Below the pieces are notes generated by a model. The model ran no database searches, was not told where the DNA came from, and saw only the letters and a program-made list of their open reading frames with translations. A stretch of 64,000 bases of DNA from Octopus sinensis (Eukaryota): NCBI RefSeq assembly GCF_006345805.1, contig NC_043006.1, forward strand, positions 2,108,001 through 2,172,000, given 5' to 3'. Of this stretch, positions 37,560 to 50,129 are shown in pieces. The position numbers and the translations under genes are program-made. Each line of letters opens with the position of its first letter. The stretch's first letter is position 1.

Positions 37560-39792
37560 TCTGCCGAATGTCGACCCAATAGAGGGACCAGCTATCCGAG
37601 TTGACAGTTCCATGGTAGTTAAGGCAATTAGAAGCATGAAGACAGGGAAAGCCCTAGGGCCATCAGGAATTACTGCTGAGAAGCTCAAAATATCTGGCAG
37701 TGTCGGCTATAGCCTAGTCACCCGTATAGTTAACCAGGTGATACACGAAGGAGTCATACCCAATGACTGGTGCAGCAGCATACTAGTCAACTGCTACAAA
37801 GGTAAAGGTGATGCCCTAGATACAAATAATTACAGAGATATCAAGCTGTTGGATCAGGTAATGAAGGTTACGGAAAGGGTCATAGCCCAACTGATTAGAG
37901 AGAGAGTCAACCTGGACGAGATGAAGTTTGGTTTCGTGCCAGGCAAAAGCACCACCGATGCCATATTTCTAGTGAGACAGCTGCAGGAGAAATACCTAGC
38001 CAAAGATAAGCCCCTGTACCTGGCTTTTGTTGACATGGAGAAAGCCTTCGACAGGGTCCCCCGATCCCTTATCTGGTGGTCAATGAGGAAACTAGGGATA
38101 GATGAATGGTTAGTGAGAGCTGTGCGTGCCATGTACAGGGACGCTGTTAGTAAGGTGAGGGTTGGCAACGAGTACAGTGAAGAATTCTGGGTGGAGGTTG
38201 GTGCCCACCAATGCTCAGTCCTCAGCCCCCTCCTATTTATCATAGTCCTCCAGGCAATAATGGAGGAATTCAAGACAGGATGCCCCTGGGAGCTCCTCTA
38301 TGCTGATGACCTTGCTCTAATTGCTGAGTCACTATCAGAACTGGAGGAGAAGTTTCAGGTCTGGAAGCAAGGATTAGAATCGAAGGGCCTTAGAGTCAAT
38401 CTAGCTAAAACCAAAAGTCCTAATAAGTAGGAAGGTAGACAAATCTCAAACGCCTTCAGGTAGATGGCCCTGCTCGATCTGTAGAAAAGGCGTATGTAGG
38501 AACTCTATAAGATGCACCAAGTGTAAGCTATGGACACATAAGAGGTGCAGCAATGTCAAAGGAAGGTTAACTAGGAATATAGTTTTTGTATGTGGCAGAT
38601 GCTCGGGTGCAATAAACACTGAAAATGCGCAGAGACCGTCTTCCGCCACATTCCAGGGAGAAGAACTAGAAATAGTTGATAGTTTCCGTTACCTAGGTGA
38701 TCAAGTCAGTAGTGGGGGTGGGTGTGCCGAAAGTGTAACTGCTAGAGTAAGAATAGCCTGGGCAAAGTTCAGAGAGCTCTTACCTCTGCTGGTGACAAAA
38801 GGCCTCTCGCTCAGAGTAAAAGGCAGACTGTATGATGCATGTGTACGAACAGCCATGCTACATGGCAGTGAAACATGGGCCGAGACTGCTGAGGATATGC
38901 GTAAGCTCGCTAGAAATGAAGCTAGTATGCTCCGATGGATGTGTAATGTCAGTGTTCATACTCGACAGAGTGTAAGTGCCTTAAGAGAAAAGTTGAACCT
39001 AAGAAGCATCAGATGTGGTGTGCAAGAGAGACGTCTACGCTGGTATCGACATGTGGTAAGAATGGATGAAGATAGTTGTGTGAAAAAGTGTCACACCCTA
39101 GCGGTTGAGGGAACCTGTGGAAGAGGCAGACCCAGGAAAACCTGGGACGAGGTGGTGAAACACAACCTTCGCTCTTTAGGTATCATCGAGGAAATGACCA
39201 GAGACCGAGACCTTTGGAAGTATGCTGTGCGTGAGAAGACCCGGCAGGACAAGTGAGGCCATAACCTGTGGCCCTTACCTGGGACGTAGTCAGTCCACCT
39301 GTGCATACCTTCCCTCTTGGGACTCATAACTCTACTTGTGAAGACCTATTGAGGCAAGTGAAAATCAAAATCAAAATCGAAATCGATCCACATCAATGGA
39401 ATTTGTAGTTTGTGTTACCAGTGCCAGTGGCACATAAGACAACCTTCCGAACGTGGCTGTAGCTAGCACCACATCGACTGGCCTCCGTGCTGGTGGCACA
39501 TAACAAATACCATCCGATCATGGCTGTGCCAGCCTCGTCTGGCCTCCGTGCAGGTGGCACATAAAAACACCATCCGAGTGTAGCCGTTCGCCAGCCTCGT
39601 CTGGCACCTGTGTCGGTGGCACATAAAAAGCACCCACTACACTCATGGAGTGGTTGGCATTAGGAAGGGCATCCAGCTGTAGAAACACTGCCAGAACTGA
39701 CTGGCCTGGTGCAGCCTTCTGGCTTCCCAGACCCCAGTTGAACCGTCCAACCCATGCTAGCATCGAAAGCGGACGTTAAACGATGATGAAAG
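37560..39792 (+). mobile_element. RTE LINE, 5'-truncated, same family as 6038-8019
   Basis: RT ORF 37612-38430; +1 frameshift at ~38415 relative to copy 1; PHD finger; C-terminus 38792-39256; UTR; (GAT)n tail. Confidence 0.95.
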
Positions 39793-39857
39793 ATATATAT
39801 ACATATATATGTATGTATGTATGTATATATATGTATGTATATATCATCATCATCATA

Positions 39858-39938
<81 letters not shown>

Positions 39939-39983
39939 CATGTATATTTATATTTATGTAGACAGAAAAATGAAAGAAACCCA

Positions 39984-40477
39984 TCTATATATATAAAACT
40001 GTAGTTGTGTGAGTGTCTGTCCCCTTCGATTTAGATTCCTAACTCCTCCCACACTTTGAGGTGCAGTTTAACCAAAACCGGGTATCTTATAGTCGTGATT
40101 AATATCGAGCCCGTCTGAGTATTAGCACGCGTCTACGATGAGTCTACGATTTTAAAAATAATTTAACATAATTTTTTATTCCATTTTAATGCATAATTTT
40201 TCGTGTGTCGATGGCGGCGGAGTTGGCGTCCACGCTCAAACACCTGCACCTGTGTTTGCTTCTCCCCCTTCTTCCCTCCCTCGTGTAGCTGTGGGGAAGG
40301 GAGTTTAAGGAAATCAACGTCGTAATGCGTTGTCAAGGAGACCAGCGTTCTTGAAGACACCAAAACAGAAATGGCTAAGAAAGCCCAAATTGGCATCTAT
40401 AAGGGAAGTAACTCTCTAAAAATGCTTATATAGTTATTTCCCTTACAAACCCGAGCAACGCCGGGCGATACTGCTAG
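39984..40477 (+). mobile_element. Non-autonomous Helitron
   Basis: A|TCTATATATATAAAACTG 5' end; CCCGAGCAACGCCGGG hairpin near the CTAG|T 3' end; inserted between A and T. Confidence 0.85.
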
Positions 40478-40523
<46 letters not shown>

Positions 40524-40669
40524 ATATATGTGTGTGTACACACACATATATATGTACATTGACATGTGTGTGTGTGTGTGTATCTTTGTGTCTGCATTGG
40601 TGTGTTTACATCCCTGTAACTTAGCAGGTCAGCAGAACCTGATAGAATAAGTACCATGTTTAACATATA

Positions 40670-40717
<48 letters not shown>

Positions 40718-41244
40718 GTACTGAAGTTGGTTCATTTGTCTAAAATTCTTCAAGGTGGTGGCCTCAGTCTAATGACTGAAACAAGTAAAATAAAATAACA
40801 ATAAAAATCTCTATTCCTAATCCAATTACCATCTGCCCAGCACTTAATCCATAAATCCTTTCTACTGAAATATACTGGATTTATTTCAATTAATTTTTAA
40901 AATAATGAAAAATTTATTAAAATGACTTTGTCGTTATTAAGCTGATTTTTGAAACATAAATTAACATGAAATCTTGATGGTCAGTTTTAATTTACTTAAA
41001 TTAATTTGAGCCCTCTTTGCTCCCTATGGAGCACAGACCATTGATGACCTGTCACCACTGTTCTCAGTTCTATGCTGTCTTACCAGCTTCTTTTCCATCA
41101 GATACCTGCCATCCTCTGGATTTCACTGCATTACATCATGTTTTTCCCTGTGGAAAAGCCTTTCTCTTTCAGGTTTTGATGGTTTTTAATTGTCATTGAC
41201 GCTTCTGTAATTTTACGTTTTTCTAGGTAGAGTTATTGGCCCTG

Positions 41245-41700
41245 TGAAGGTGCAAGGTTTAGTGGTCAGGGTAATCAGTTCTTGATCATAAGGCCTTCAG
41301 TTCGATTCCTGGCAGTGCATTGTGTCTTTGAGCAAGAACCTTTATTTCACATTGTTCCAGTCCACTCAGCTGGCAAAAGTTGTATCAGTAATTCAAAGGG
41401 TCAGCCCTGTCACACTGTATCTCCCTAGAAACTATGTTACGGTTATATGTGTATATGTGGGGTGCTCAGCTACCTGCATGTTAATTGCACAGGCAGGCTG
41501 TTCCATTGATCAGATCAACTGGAACCCTCATCATCATAACGAACAGAGTACCACTACTGGCCCTATGCAAACCTATGGTTACTCCTGGGAAGAAGTGGCT
41601 CATATTGGTCTGGCCTCAGCCCTTTGACCTGTCCAGGATGGGAGGCTCAACCAAGTCTGCTGGCATGGCTCTCAGGGTCATTAAGGCATGCAAACACACC
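41245..41700 (+). mobile_element. tRNA-type SINE family C
   Basis: GGTTTAGTGGTCAGGG..GTTCGATTCCTGG head; GTCTTTGAGCAAG..CAGTCCACTCAGCTGGCAAA core. 3' boundary uncertain. Confidence 0.6.
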
Positions 41701-41904
41701 ACAAGAATTGGATCCTTTCATGGACAGTTTGAATTCAGATCACTTTATGACCGAAAGTTTGCATCATAGAAATAAGAGCAGTCTTTAGCAGATTAGTACC
41801 AAAATACTTAAGCGTATCATTGCTGTTGTTTTTACTGTTGTTGCTGTTTAGATCCAGATCAGCAGTGATTGACGGAACCTGAGATCAAAGGTATTCTAAC
41901 CATG

Positions 41905-43290
41905 TCTTTCTTTTTCTTTTTTCCTTTTACAACGGGGAAACCTCCATCACACACACCGTCTCAGGATCCATGGGTGGGCAACCATTGTTGTCCCCCTTTT
42001 TTGAGGAGGTTACCTCCTCCTCAACCTTTTCCTCCACTGGGGGAACAAGGGACACCTCTTCGATTAACTGCTCCAGGACCTTTGCCTGCTCCTGGCGACA
42101 GTTTTTCTTGACATGACCCGATTCCAGGCACAGGTGACACTTGGGGGGGGGGGCGTCCCTCAAGAGTCACCGGATACCTAGAACTGGCCATCTTTAGAAA
42201 ATCTGGGAAGACCAGATCTTTGGCTGATTGGGTCCATAGGGTCAAAATTGCTTTCGACCCCACCCAATCAGCCACAGGAAGCATTCTAACATTCAAGACC
42301 CTGGCTCCGCTGCCACCCAGACCCCGGCAGATAGTATCCTCTATCCACTCAGGCTCTATTCCGGGTGGCAGCCCACTCACCCAGGCTCTTGTCAATTTCC
42401 TTCCCAAAATCTTTTCCCCTTCCAGGGGCCGACTAGCAAACAAGCTAGCCTCTTTAGGGGTGTCAAACAGCAACCACACTGTTGCGAATTTGACACCCCT
42501 TGCGATATACTTGATAGTTGGTAGGTATTCTGCCAACTCTTTTTCAATTTCGTCCTGAGAGAACACAGTGATGGTATCGAGTGACTTGGAGTATGTCCTC
42601 AACACCACCATTCTCTTGTTTCGGTCCTCTATCCACTGCTTGGGGGGAGGGGCACAATTTCCCACTCCAGCACAGTGGTTTTCTTTGTTGCCATGATTTA
42701 AAACCACAAAGAAACAAAAAAGAGTTCAACAAAAGTTCAAATGTTCTAAATGAAAGTTCAGTAATAAACACAAAGAAAGAACGGAAAGACAGAGCAGAGA
42801 AAAGAACGAAGGAAGACAGTTCAATCAACGGCAACACAATCCCACAAGTCCGATACAGGTACTCCAGCTGCAAAAATAGCCCTTCCTGTCTTGGTACTCC
42901 TTGGTAATCCAGTGGAAATTCACAGACACGAAGACAATTTTCGTAAACGAATTAATTTTTGCAGAGGGGCGGCGCCTCCTCAAAAAATACAATTCTCACT
43001 GCAAAGTGAGTCTTTACGCACGACCGCAGACAGGCAAATGTCTGGAGCAGAGTGGAGACTGTTGCTCACCAAAAAATATTCAATACAGGGCAACAAACTC
43101 TACTAAGTTCTCAAAAAAAAAAATACAACAAACACCTACCTGTGGTCGAGCGTCAAAGTTCAATTTTTCACGACGAAAGACGTGACTTCTTCGGTGTTCA
43201 ACACAATAGCACGTGCGTACACCGACAACACAGCCTGATGGGAAGCAAAGCTACGTACCACACAGCCACCGCTACGACTGCTAGTCACTT
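41905..43290 (-). mobile_element. L1/Tx1-like element carrying only a 5' UTR and gag-like ORF1, ending in an A-rich tail
   Basis: CpG-rich ~580-nt leader; ORF1; A-rich tract immediately after the stop; no endonuclease or RT sequence. Confidence 0.7.
41927..42707 (-). CDS. Gag-like ORF1 with CCHC zinc knuckle (CHLCLESGHVKKNC); apparent frameshift in a G11 run at 42143-42153
   Basis: ORF 42021-42707 joins ORF 41927-42163 at EGRPP|KCHLC; an RRM-like AWVSGLPPGI segment lies upstream. The homopolymer may be a sequencing error. Confidence 0.7.
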
Positions 43291-43498
43291 TTTTTTTCTA
43301 GTTTATAGGGTATCTTCTAGCACTACATTAATTCTTTAGTATTTAAACTGGCTGTTTGGATTGGGTTGGATTGTTTATGTTCAGTCCACTGCAGGATGAA
43401 GGCCTCAGCATGTTCTCCCTACCAACCAAGTCTGATGAAGAGGCTGCGAATTTGAGCTTGAGATCATACTGGTTGATCAATATGAGCTGAAGATCATA

Positions 43499-44030
43499 CA
43501 GGTGGCGAGCTGGCAGAAGCGTTAGCACACCGGGCGAAATGCTTAGCGGGATTTTGTCTGCGTTACGTTGTGAGTTCGAATTCCGCCGAGGTCGACTTTG
43601 CCTTTCATCCTCCTGGGGTCGATAAATTAAGTACCAGTCACGCTCTGGGGTCGATGTAATCGACTTAATCCCTTTGTCTGTCCTTGTTTGTCCCTTCTAT
43701 GTTTAACCCCTTGTGGGTAATAAAGAAATAGGTATTTTGTCTGCCGCTACGTTCTGAGTTCAAATTCCGCCGAAGTCGATTTTGCCTTTCATCCTTTCGG
43801 GGTCGATTAAATAAGTACCAGTTACGCACTGGGGTCGATGTAATCGACTTAGTCCGTTTGTCTGTCCTTGTTTGTCCCTTCTGTGTTTAACCCCTTGTGG
43901 GTAGTAAAGAAATAGGTATTCCATTCATCCTTACGTTCTGAGTTCAAATTCTGCTGAGACTGACTTTGCCTTCCATCCTTTTGGGGATTGATAAGATAAG
44001 TACCAGCTGAACACTGGGGTTGATGTAATG
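43499..44030 (+). mobile_element. Tandem trimer of tRNA-type SINE family B
   Basis: GGTGGCGAGCTGGCAGAA head; GCCTTTCATCCTTTCGGGGTCGAT(A/T)AA..AGTACCAG core repeated three times. Confidence 0.85.
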
Positions 44031-44569
44031 AAAGCTGGACCTCTTTGCCAAACCATGTTGAGCCAAAGTGGCAGAGTAGGCTCATCAGACTGGCCATATC
44101 GGGTCCAAATATTCTCCCTGCTTTATGTTCAAACTTCCAGATCCAGCCTTTCACACCTGTCTGACACTGTCATTCTAAAAATAAACATGCATGATTAACT
44201 CAAAACAATGTGAATAAGCATCACATTTAACAGAGTAATCTGAATGTTAAAGGATTAACCTCATTTTTCTCTAAGATAGGAGAACGTGGTTTGAAGGGAC
44301 TTGGTTGCTATTTCCAGCCAAGTGAGCAACCATGTGGCAGCTCCCTCTACCTGCAGTTGTAATGATGATGGTGATTGTGGTGAAAGGGTTTGCCGTTGGT
44401 GGTGGTGGTGGTGGTGGTTGTAGAGGTGAGGATGGTCATGTTGTGACTGGTGGTGTTTGCAGGGGTGGTGACGGCGATGGTAGTATTGCTGTTGACATTT
44501 CTACAATAAGGGACATGCTTCAGTGGTCAACGGAGAAGACTTGTCATTTGTCTATCTTTCCTTCTTTTT

Positions 44570-45180
44570 TACACACACACAATCTGTGTGTGTGTGTATT
44601 CATATATATTATATTCACACACACACACTAAATGTATTTACACACACATGCACGCACGCATACATACATGCAGTCCTCCCCACTTTGCTATCTTTTGTAT
44701 CTACAATCTCATCTCCCCTTTCTCTCTCTTCCTTTACCTCTTCTTTTCCGTTTTTCACACACACACACACATACACACACATACACATCCACACACACAC
44801 ACACGCTCTCTCTCTCTCTCTTTCTCTCTCTCTCTTTCTCTCTCTCTCTTCCTCATATATCTTTTCCTTTTCACGTTTCTCCCACTCTCACTCTCTGTCT
44901 CTCTACCTCACATACTCTTTGCTCTCGCTTTCACTTTTCCCTCTCCAATCTCTCTCTTTCTTTCTCATTCTGTTCCCTGTCTATCTTTCTGTCCGTCTCT
45001 TTCTCTCTCCTATGCACACATCTTTTCTCTCTCCCCCTCTCTCTCTCTCTCGCACATACACACACTCTCTTACACAAACTCTTTCTCACTTACACACACA
45101 TATATACACACACACACTCTCTCTCTCTCTCTATCTCTATCTCTCTCGCACACATACACACGCAGTGAAGCACTCCCCCC
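44570..45180. repeat. (CA)n/(CT)n compound microsatellite
   Basis: Directly visible. Confidence 0.9.
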
Positions 45181-45399
45181 CCGTCACCACTCGTCAGCCT
45201 TCCCCTCCTTCCCCAGCTGCTGGTGTGTAATCAGACCGTGTTCCGTTCATCTGACAACTGGACAACTGGACAGCCAGGTGTTCGCTTCACTGGACTGACA
45301 AATGTTTTGATGAACGATCCTTGTCCTTGCTCGAAATAATGGATTAAGGATAGAGTTTCTGGTGCAAAGGTTTTTCAGTAGCCTCGCTGTTTGTGATTA

Positions 45400-45594
45400 C
45401 CACCGCCACCACCGCCACCACCGCCACCGCCGACGACGACACCCCACTACCACCACCACCACTTCAACGGTGACCACTACTGCTATTACTACTAGAACAG
45501 TCAACAATGGTTCCACTTTCACTATCGCTACTACTACTACCACCACACCACCACCACCACCACCATTACTACTACCACCACCACCACCACCACC

Positions 45595-45629
<35 letters not shown>

Positions 45630-46100
45630 CGTCACCATCACTACCACTGTCACTACCAAATACACCACCACCACCACCACCACTACTACTACTGTCTTCA
45701 CCACTATCACTGTTACCACTACTACCATTATCACCACCAATACCTCTCACTGTGCTACCACTACAACAGTCACCATCGCTACCACTTCTCCCACCACTAT
45801 TACAATCTCCACCACCCCTACTACTTTCACCACAACTACTTCTACAACACAACCATCGCACTAGCACTCCCCCACCCCTCCGCATGCACTGTCACTACAA
45901 TCATCATCATCATCATCATTATCATCATTATCATCTACAATTTCTTACACACACACATACACTTCCCTACAGTTGCCTCTCCTACCATGACCATCTTCTT
46001 CACTATCACTACTATTATCATCACCCACGCTACCACCATTGTCATCGTCATCACCACCACCACCGCCACTACCATCGCCACCACCATCACCACCGCCGCC
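45400..46100. repeat. (CAC/TAC/CAT)n trinucleotide mosaic
   Basis: Directly visible; source of the poly-H/P/T ORFs. Confidence 0.9.
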
Positions 46101-47027
46101 AAGCGTAAGTGAAGCATAAACCTTCTTTCTTAAGGGAAAAAAGAAGGAACGACAACAACAGCAACAACAAAGACACAAAGCATTGTCTACAGTGCGTTGT
46201 CCACTGAGACAATAGGGGGATTGCAGGGGACAAGGGGAACGAAATGTGTAACCCCTATGCACAGACTTGAAACCCTGCTGTGAGGGCCACCTTCTCTTTC
46301 ATCTGTCTACATCAGTCATATATCTTTTATCTTTTACTTGTTTTAATCATTGCCCTGTGACCATGCTGGAGCACCGCCTTAAAGTATTTTAGTCAAAGCA
46401 CATCCTCCTCACCACCCACCTGGTCCTTATTTCTTTTAAGCATGGTACTTATTTTATTAATCTCTTTTGCTGAACTGCTAAGTTACGGGTATGTAAACAT
46501 TTGCCAAATAGAACCAGGCCATCAAATTTGTAACTCGTCATGGTTGGAACTGATGTAAGGGGGTGGAATGACCCTGTCCTATCTGAAACCCTATCTGCAG
46601 GGTCATTCCAGATGTATATCTTCTGTTTACAAAACTAACTGACCATGACGTTTTCCTCTCTCCAGTTGTGGAGAGGTTATGTGTCTACAACCATTTGAAT
46701 CTGGTGAGTCACCTATGCTGCTTAGTGCTTATGAATGCAAATCCAACGGTCACTCTCTGACCAGCCACACCAACCTTCTGAAAACATATTACTGTACTAA
46801 TGTTTTAGAATGTGCTTCTTTTTTGGATATATGAACTACTGGCAATTACGCACACACACACACATAAAACAAGCAAAGTAGCCAGTTAGAAAATCTCTAT
46901 AAGAGACGAAAGTAGGGACTATACTGAAAAATAAATGTTTATTACCACTTCCTATGTGGCTGTTCCATAGGAACTGATGTTACTACCGTTTTTAACCCCA
47001 GGCAGATGCTTCCTCCAGCTGGTTATC

Positions 47028-47577
47028 GATTCAATCCACCGGAAAGTTCATACCTATTTTTAAAGGAAAGAAAAAGGTCAATAAATACTTGCCATTTCAT
47101 TTTTAATCAACGAAATATGAACCTCCATCTTTCCTTTACCTTGAAAATACCCTCTTCCCAGAATTGAGGTGGTTTCATGGCAAAGAATTCATCAAGGTAT
47201 CTTTTTACGTCATCCAAGGAATTGAAATTTTTACCATTAAGACTGTTCTGCAGAGACCTGAATAAGTGGAAATCCGAAGGAGCAATATCTGGTGAATATG
47301 GAGGATGGGGTAACACATCCCAGCCGAGCTGCAGCAATTTTTGCCAGGTTCCCAAAGCATCAAGTGCCGAAAATGAACTTTCTTATCTTCCATTTTAAAG
47401 GGTTACAGAATTAACACAGGTTATAGGAACATAAACCTTCTTCCATGAAAAGATAGCTTAAACTGTGCTCTAAATGGAAGTGTCGTCAAATCCTATGTTA
47501 TGGACTCAACCATGTTCTAAAATAAGTCGAAAGCTAAGCTACTATAAATCGGCACAAACTTTCCAGACAACCCAATA
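47028..47577 (-). mobile_element. Internally deleted mariner (mellifera-like N-terminus)
   Basis: TIR TATTGGGTTGTCTGGAAAGTTTGTGCCGATTT; MEDKKVHFRHLMLWE fused directly to WQKLLQLGWDVLPHPPYSPDIAPSDFHLF. Confidence 0.9.
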
Positions 47578-48102
47578 TTTTGCAAACAGGGTAGTAACGT
47601 CAATTCCTGCTTAACAGCTCTGATGAGGTGGCAATAAGCATTGCGTCTTGGTATAGTTACTCCCTTCATCTCTTACAGATGATTTTCTAACAAGTTACTT
47701 TGCTTGTTGAAAGGTCAGCGACTGATTGTCAATTATTTTTCTGTATATTACAAACTGGAGAAAACTACTGTTATTTCTAGCGGATGGGTGTCCACCAGTG
47801 AGAATGAACACAAATAGCTCGAAAGCAGGCAGTCTAGTGTCTCCATTGTTGCTGGAAAAAGGTTGGTGGAGGGGGGGGGGGTGTCAATCCCCTGCTTGCA
47901 ATGTATATCAGGTACAGATTGTATGATAACCAGCTGGAGGATCTGTCTTTATGCTTTGAATTCAAATTCATCTGAGGTCGACTTTGGCTTTCATCCTTTC
48001 GGGGGGGGGGGTCTATAAATTAAGTACCAGTTACATACTGGGTTGATCTAATTGACTGAACCCCTCCCCAAAAAGCTTCTGGTCTTGTGCCTAGAGTAGA
48101 AA

Positions 48103-48134
<32 letters not shown>

Positions 48135-49249
48135 GTATGTATATATGTATATGTATACACACACAAGGCTGGGCAAAAGTCACGCACCAAAACATCCGAC
48201 ATTTTATTTATATTACATTATTTTTATTATTCATTTTTTCATCATGTACAAGTCTTTTGTATTCACCACTATTTTATTTATTTTACTCAGTTTTAGAAGT
48301 ATATCTTTGACAATTCCTGAGCATATTGAACTTATTTTATGTGCCCACACTTTATATATATGACAGGTTTCTTCCCGTTTCCAGTAATCAAAATTCTCTC
48401 ACAAGGCCTTGGTTAGCCTGGGGCTATGGTAGAAGACGATACTTGCCTAAGGTGGCATGCAATTAGACTGAACCTAAGACCACATGCTTGGCAAGTAAGC
48501 TTCTAAACCACAGAGCCACATGTGCACCTACAGTGTTCCTGAATAGCAAAACTATAGAAGAATTAAAATCTTAATTTTGATGCCATTGTTCTTCAGTGCT
48601 GAGGGAAGGAATAATAGGTGGTAAGGAGAAGAGGGTGGGTGTCAAAGAAATTGCAGGTCAGCAAGAGTTACAGAGAACTGAGGTCATGGGTAAGGAAGGA
48701 GGCGGTGGTGGTGGTGGTGGCGGGGTAAAAAGATTTCTGTGAGCTGGAGGAGGAGATGTCACAGATAGTTTAATTGAATTATGTGTGACCTCACTCACAT
48801 CATGTCATGCACATGAACTCGATGTAACAAAAGATGCTGAAAAGAAACAAAAAAAAAAACAAATTCTTTGTTGTGTTAAACTGCTACAAGGGTTTAAATT
48901 GCATCTCAAAATTAGCATTTAAATTTCAATTATTCTCATCCAATATTTTTAAAAACAAAAGTTTCTTTAATTCAGCAGATTTTGTTGTGTTAAATCTGCT
49001 ACAGTGGTTTGTATTGTACTGGTAAATTTATATTAAACATTAAGTACTTTAGCTATTGTTTGCTTCAGTGCAGCCATACTTAATGGATGCTAGAGCAAAT
49101 TGATAAAAGGTACTGAGGTACATTGAAATTGCTGAACAAATCAAATTCCACCACTTGAAAGCAAATGTAATGTATCTATTCATGGAGTCAAAATGCAGCG
49201 GATGGGGCTTTGTTAGTGTATCAGAATACGCTATTGCTGAAAGTTGAAT

Positions 49250-49580
49250 CATCATCATCATCATCGTTTAACGTCCGTTTTCCATGCTAGCACGGGTTGG
49301 ATGGTTCGACCGGGGTCTGGGAAGCCATAAAGGCTGCACCAGGCTCCAGTCTGATCTGGCAGTGTTTCTACAGCTGGATGCCCTTCCTAACGCCAACCAC
49401 TCCATGAGTGTAGTGGGTGCATTTTATGTGCCAGGGGAGTCTGGCATCATCCACAATCGGTTGGTGCTTTTTACGTGCGACCGGCACAGAAGCCAGTCAA
49501 GGCGGTGCTGGCATCGGCCATGTTCAGATGGTGCTTTTTACGTGCCACCCACACAGGTATCACAACTACTATTTCCTTTG
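49250..49580 (-). mobile_element. RTE 3'-tail copy
   Basis: Same tail motif. Confidence 0.85.
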
Positions 49581-49618
49581 ATGGCTGAATTTATATTTGG
49601 TAAACTGCAAGGAGGTTT

Positions 49619-49848
49619 TATTGGGTTGTCCGTAAAGTTCGTGCCGATTTATAGTAGCTTACCTTTCGACTTACCCTCCCAGGCACCTCAATTCTGGTAA
49701 GAGGGTGCTTTCAAGTTAAAGCAAAAAATGGAGACGCATTGTGCAACAAAATGGTTCATATTTGGTTGATTAAAAAAGTAATGGCAAGTGTTTATTGACA
49801 TTTTTCTTTCCTTTAAAAATCGGCATGAACTTTCCGGACAACCGAATT
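49619..49848 (+). mobile_element. 230-bp MITE of the same mariner family
   Basis: TIRs TATTGGGTTGTCCGTAAAGTTCGTGCCGATTT and AAATCGGCATGAACTTTCCGGACAACCGAAT; subterminal sequence shared with 47028-47577. Confidence 0.88.
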
Positions 49849-50129
49849 CTTCAATGCTAAGTTAATAGGTTTGATGAAGTAGGAGATTAAAGCCATGAAT
49901 TCATATAAAGAAGAATAGTGAGAGTGGAAAGTTGAAGGTCAATGGATCGACGTGGAAAACCAAGAAGAGAAACTGAGAAAGTGAAGACTGATGGTTGATG
50001 GATGTGACAAGGGACGGGAGGAGTAAAGAGGGAGGCAGAAGGTCTTTTAGTTGTAGCTTGGGATCAGGCTTTTGTGACCAGTTCCATAAAGAAGTCGATC
50101 TACAAGATTACTGAAAGTGACTTGTACTA

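Noticed and set aside
43425-43470. CTGATGAAG..GCGAAT hammerhead-like string
   Set aside because: GAAA absent, stem II poor.
44060-44095. Minus-strand CTGATGAGCC..GGCTC
   Set aside because: The pairing consumes the core nucleotides and no GAAA follows.
45300-45350. TTGATGA..CTCGAAATAATGGATTA
   Set aside because: C3, stem I, stem II and U16.1 are all non-canonical.
46666-46703. Plus-strand 38-nt exon-like segment with canonical splice sites
   Set aside because: Isolated, with no partner exon or recognisable peptide; may lie in an old repeat.
49049-49264. 71-aa ORF starting with poly-Met
   Set aside because: The Met run is the RTE (GAT)n tail; the remainder has only a weak acceptor.
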